A DNA stretch of 64,000 bases from Eledone cirrhosa (taxonomy: Eukaryota): contig OZ024761.1 of assembly GCA_964016885.1 (NCBI GenBank), positions 11,780,001-11,844,000 on the forward strand, given 5' to 3'. The first letter of the stretch is position 1. Each line of letters opens with the position of its first letter. A model generated the notes under the pieces. That model was not told where the DNA came from. It did not search any database and saw only the letters and a program-made list of their open reading frames with translations. The translations under genes were made by a program, and so were the position numbers. This document shows positions 61,986 through 64,000 of the stretch, one piece after another.

Positions 61986-63011
61986 CTCACGAGATCTCTT
62001 ACCAAGTAATATCAGGTGTTTATTTACTCGCCTGATGAAAAACAACCACAAGTAAACCGAATAAAATGTTATGTCTAATACGGCGTGTTTTGAAACCTAA
62101 GGTAGCAATCAACTGGATCGAGCAGACATTAATAATATTTCAGCTCTGTTGATAATATAGAGCGCTCTTTTCCTTCGTCCTTTCTACGGAATCCCTTAAC
62201 ACTACATATATAAACAATGTCTTTAACCCATTGCTACCAAATATCATTTGGTCAGTAGCTCGTGTCTAAATATATAAACACATTGTTTAGCTCTGGTTTT
62301 TAACTATTGAGCACTTTGCCAGTATCATTTCTGATTTTTGCGTTTCGCTTCGCTTTTCCTGCCTGCTGAAAATGGGATTCTCATTGAATTGGATCTTTAT
62401 TTGTAAATATATATATGTATGTAAAAGGTAAACAGAAATAACAACACAATCGGTACAGTATATGGAAGGTATATATTAGGTTAAGGCTTGATATAGCAGG
62501 AAGAGGGTATATATATATATATTATAAATAAAATAATAGGAGGCTGGACTGGTGTAAATCCTTGAAAAGTTTATTATACTATGATCATTTCAATGACCGG
62601 GTACCGTATGAATCCGGTGATATCATCAGGTATTCGAAATGTAACAAAGGAATATATAAAATCCATGGGTCCGAAAATCAGAGACAGAGAGGACGACTGA
62701 CCAACTAGCTGCTTTCACCTCGGTCAGTCGCCCTCAAGTGATGGCAACTCAGTCTACTAATGACCATCTGGTGAGGGGGCGAAGGCTTATAATGTACTAC
62801 CACCTCTCCGTCAGAGAATAAAAAGAGAAAAGAAAGAAAGGAAAAGAAAAAAGAAAAGTCAGCGTAAGGGTCACACTACAGTCTGCTAGAAGACGCCGCG
62901 AAAAATGTTATTCTAAAGAACCCATATTTTAACAAAGGCATATATATGGGTGTCTGTATGGTCTAATATGTGAACAGAAAATTGGAACGTTAACTTATGT
63001 TAAGAGTTATA

Positions 63012-63050
<39 letters not shown>

Positions 63051-63055
63051 TATAT

Positions 63056-63293
63056 AGTAATAATAATAATTGTGAAGACTAAAATCCAAAGAGGGCTCGA
63101 TAAGGATAAATATATAACAAATATATAAGAACCGTAGAGCAAATATTTATTAAAATAACAGATTAAAGTTTAAGCAAAGAATCGCTGCTTTCACCCTTAA
63201 CGGGATCTTCTGAAACTAACAAAGTCAATCTGTGAATCCCGTTAGGGGTGAAAGCAGCGATTCTTTGCTTAAACTTTAATCTGTTATTTTAAT
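63056..63293. mobile_element. Palindromic element (same family as 39406-39705)
   Basis: Full left arm, short spacer and partial right arm, flanked by (TA)n. Confidence 0.85.
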
Positions 63294-63394
63294 ATATATA
63301 TATGATTGTGTGTCTATGTCTATATATGTATGTTTGCATGCATGAATGAATACACTAAGCTTTAGATTTAGTGATTCCAAACAGCCAACAACAC

Positions 63395-64000
63395 AGATCC
63401 AATGATCAGAGTTAACCAACAAGACCTGGAAGAAGTCGACCACTTGACCTATCTTGGTAGCCTCCTGGCAAACAATGGATATGTGGAGCTCGACATCAAC
63501 TGTCGGATCGGCAAAGGAGCCAGTTTTTCAGCGGATGCACCCAGACTAGTCGTCTTCAAACATCAGCACCGGGATCAAGCTGCACCTGTACAAGACCATC
63601 GTGTTGCCGACAGTGCTTTACGCGAGCGAAACTTGGAAGAGCATGGCAAAGATGGAGAGGCGACCGAACGAATTCCACCAGTGGTGCCTGCGAATGATCC
63701 TTCGTGTGTCCTGGCACGACCGAGTGCGAAACGAGGAAATCCTGCAGAAAGCCGAGTCGTGGACATTACAGAAGGTGACGGAGCACCGGTGCTGCCTGGC
63801 TGGCAATATGCTGCACCGGCCCGACGAATGACACTCGAAAACAGTGAGGAACTAGACTCCACCTGGCGGCAAAGGGAGGCGGGGTTGCCCCAGGTTCACC
63901 TGGCGGCAAAGGGAGGCGGGGTTGCCCCAGGTTCACCTGGCGGCAAACGGAGGCGGGGTTGCCCCAGGTTCACCTGGCGACAAAGGGAGGCGGGGTTGCC
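63395..64000 (+). mobile_element. Decayed RTE-clade LINE RT C-terminal region, ending in a 37-bp tandem expansion (63860 to window end)
   Basis: IRVNQQDLEEVDHLTYLGS..DINCRIGK, IKLHLYKTIVLPTVLYASETW..FHQWCLRMILRVSWHDRVRNEEIL, PPGGKGRRGCPRFTWR. Frameshift and stops present. Confidence 0.92.

Noticed and set aside
62030-62065. CTGATGA hammerhead-like box (also at ~34088)
   Set aside because: No stem II or correctly placed GAAA.

Overview
This is eukaryotic, AT-rich, microsatellite-dense genomic DNA. The SINE repertoire and the mollusc-type 5S sequence suggest an octopus-like cephalopod (inference). One spliced protein-coding gene is on the + strand: a PHF21A/BHC80-family chromatin reader. I reconstructed it by hand from 11 GT-AG exons with compatible phases between 21491 and the TGA at 44361-44363, about 574 codons. 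Its parts are the end of the N-terminal coiled coil, a 255-codon Q/P/S-rich exon, the conserved 'KLQYMASLDLVT...SKRSERKRRSTANP' motif, an AT-hook split by an intron, a PHD finger and a C-terminal coiled coil. The first coding exons were not found and probably lie upstream of the window. The rest is introns, a probable long 3' UTR and transposon debris: Nin/Deu-domain and other tRNA-SINEs, RTE and CR1 LINE fragments, two TTAA/piggyBac-type MITE families, Helitron-like, Tc1/mariner and hAT MITEs, and Penelope-like palindromes. Almost all long ORFs in the supplied track are repeat artefacts. Best leads: (1) nearly every minisatellite array is an amplified internal slice of a transposon that still flanks it; (2) an in-frame 117-nt candidate cassette exon inside a conserved PHF21A motif; (3) Asp->Gly at the PHD position used for H3K4me0 reading; (4) a 5S rRNA head fused to a SINE tail (candidate SINE3); (5) a minimal hammerhead ribozyme in an intron.
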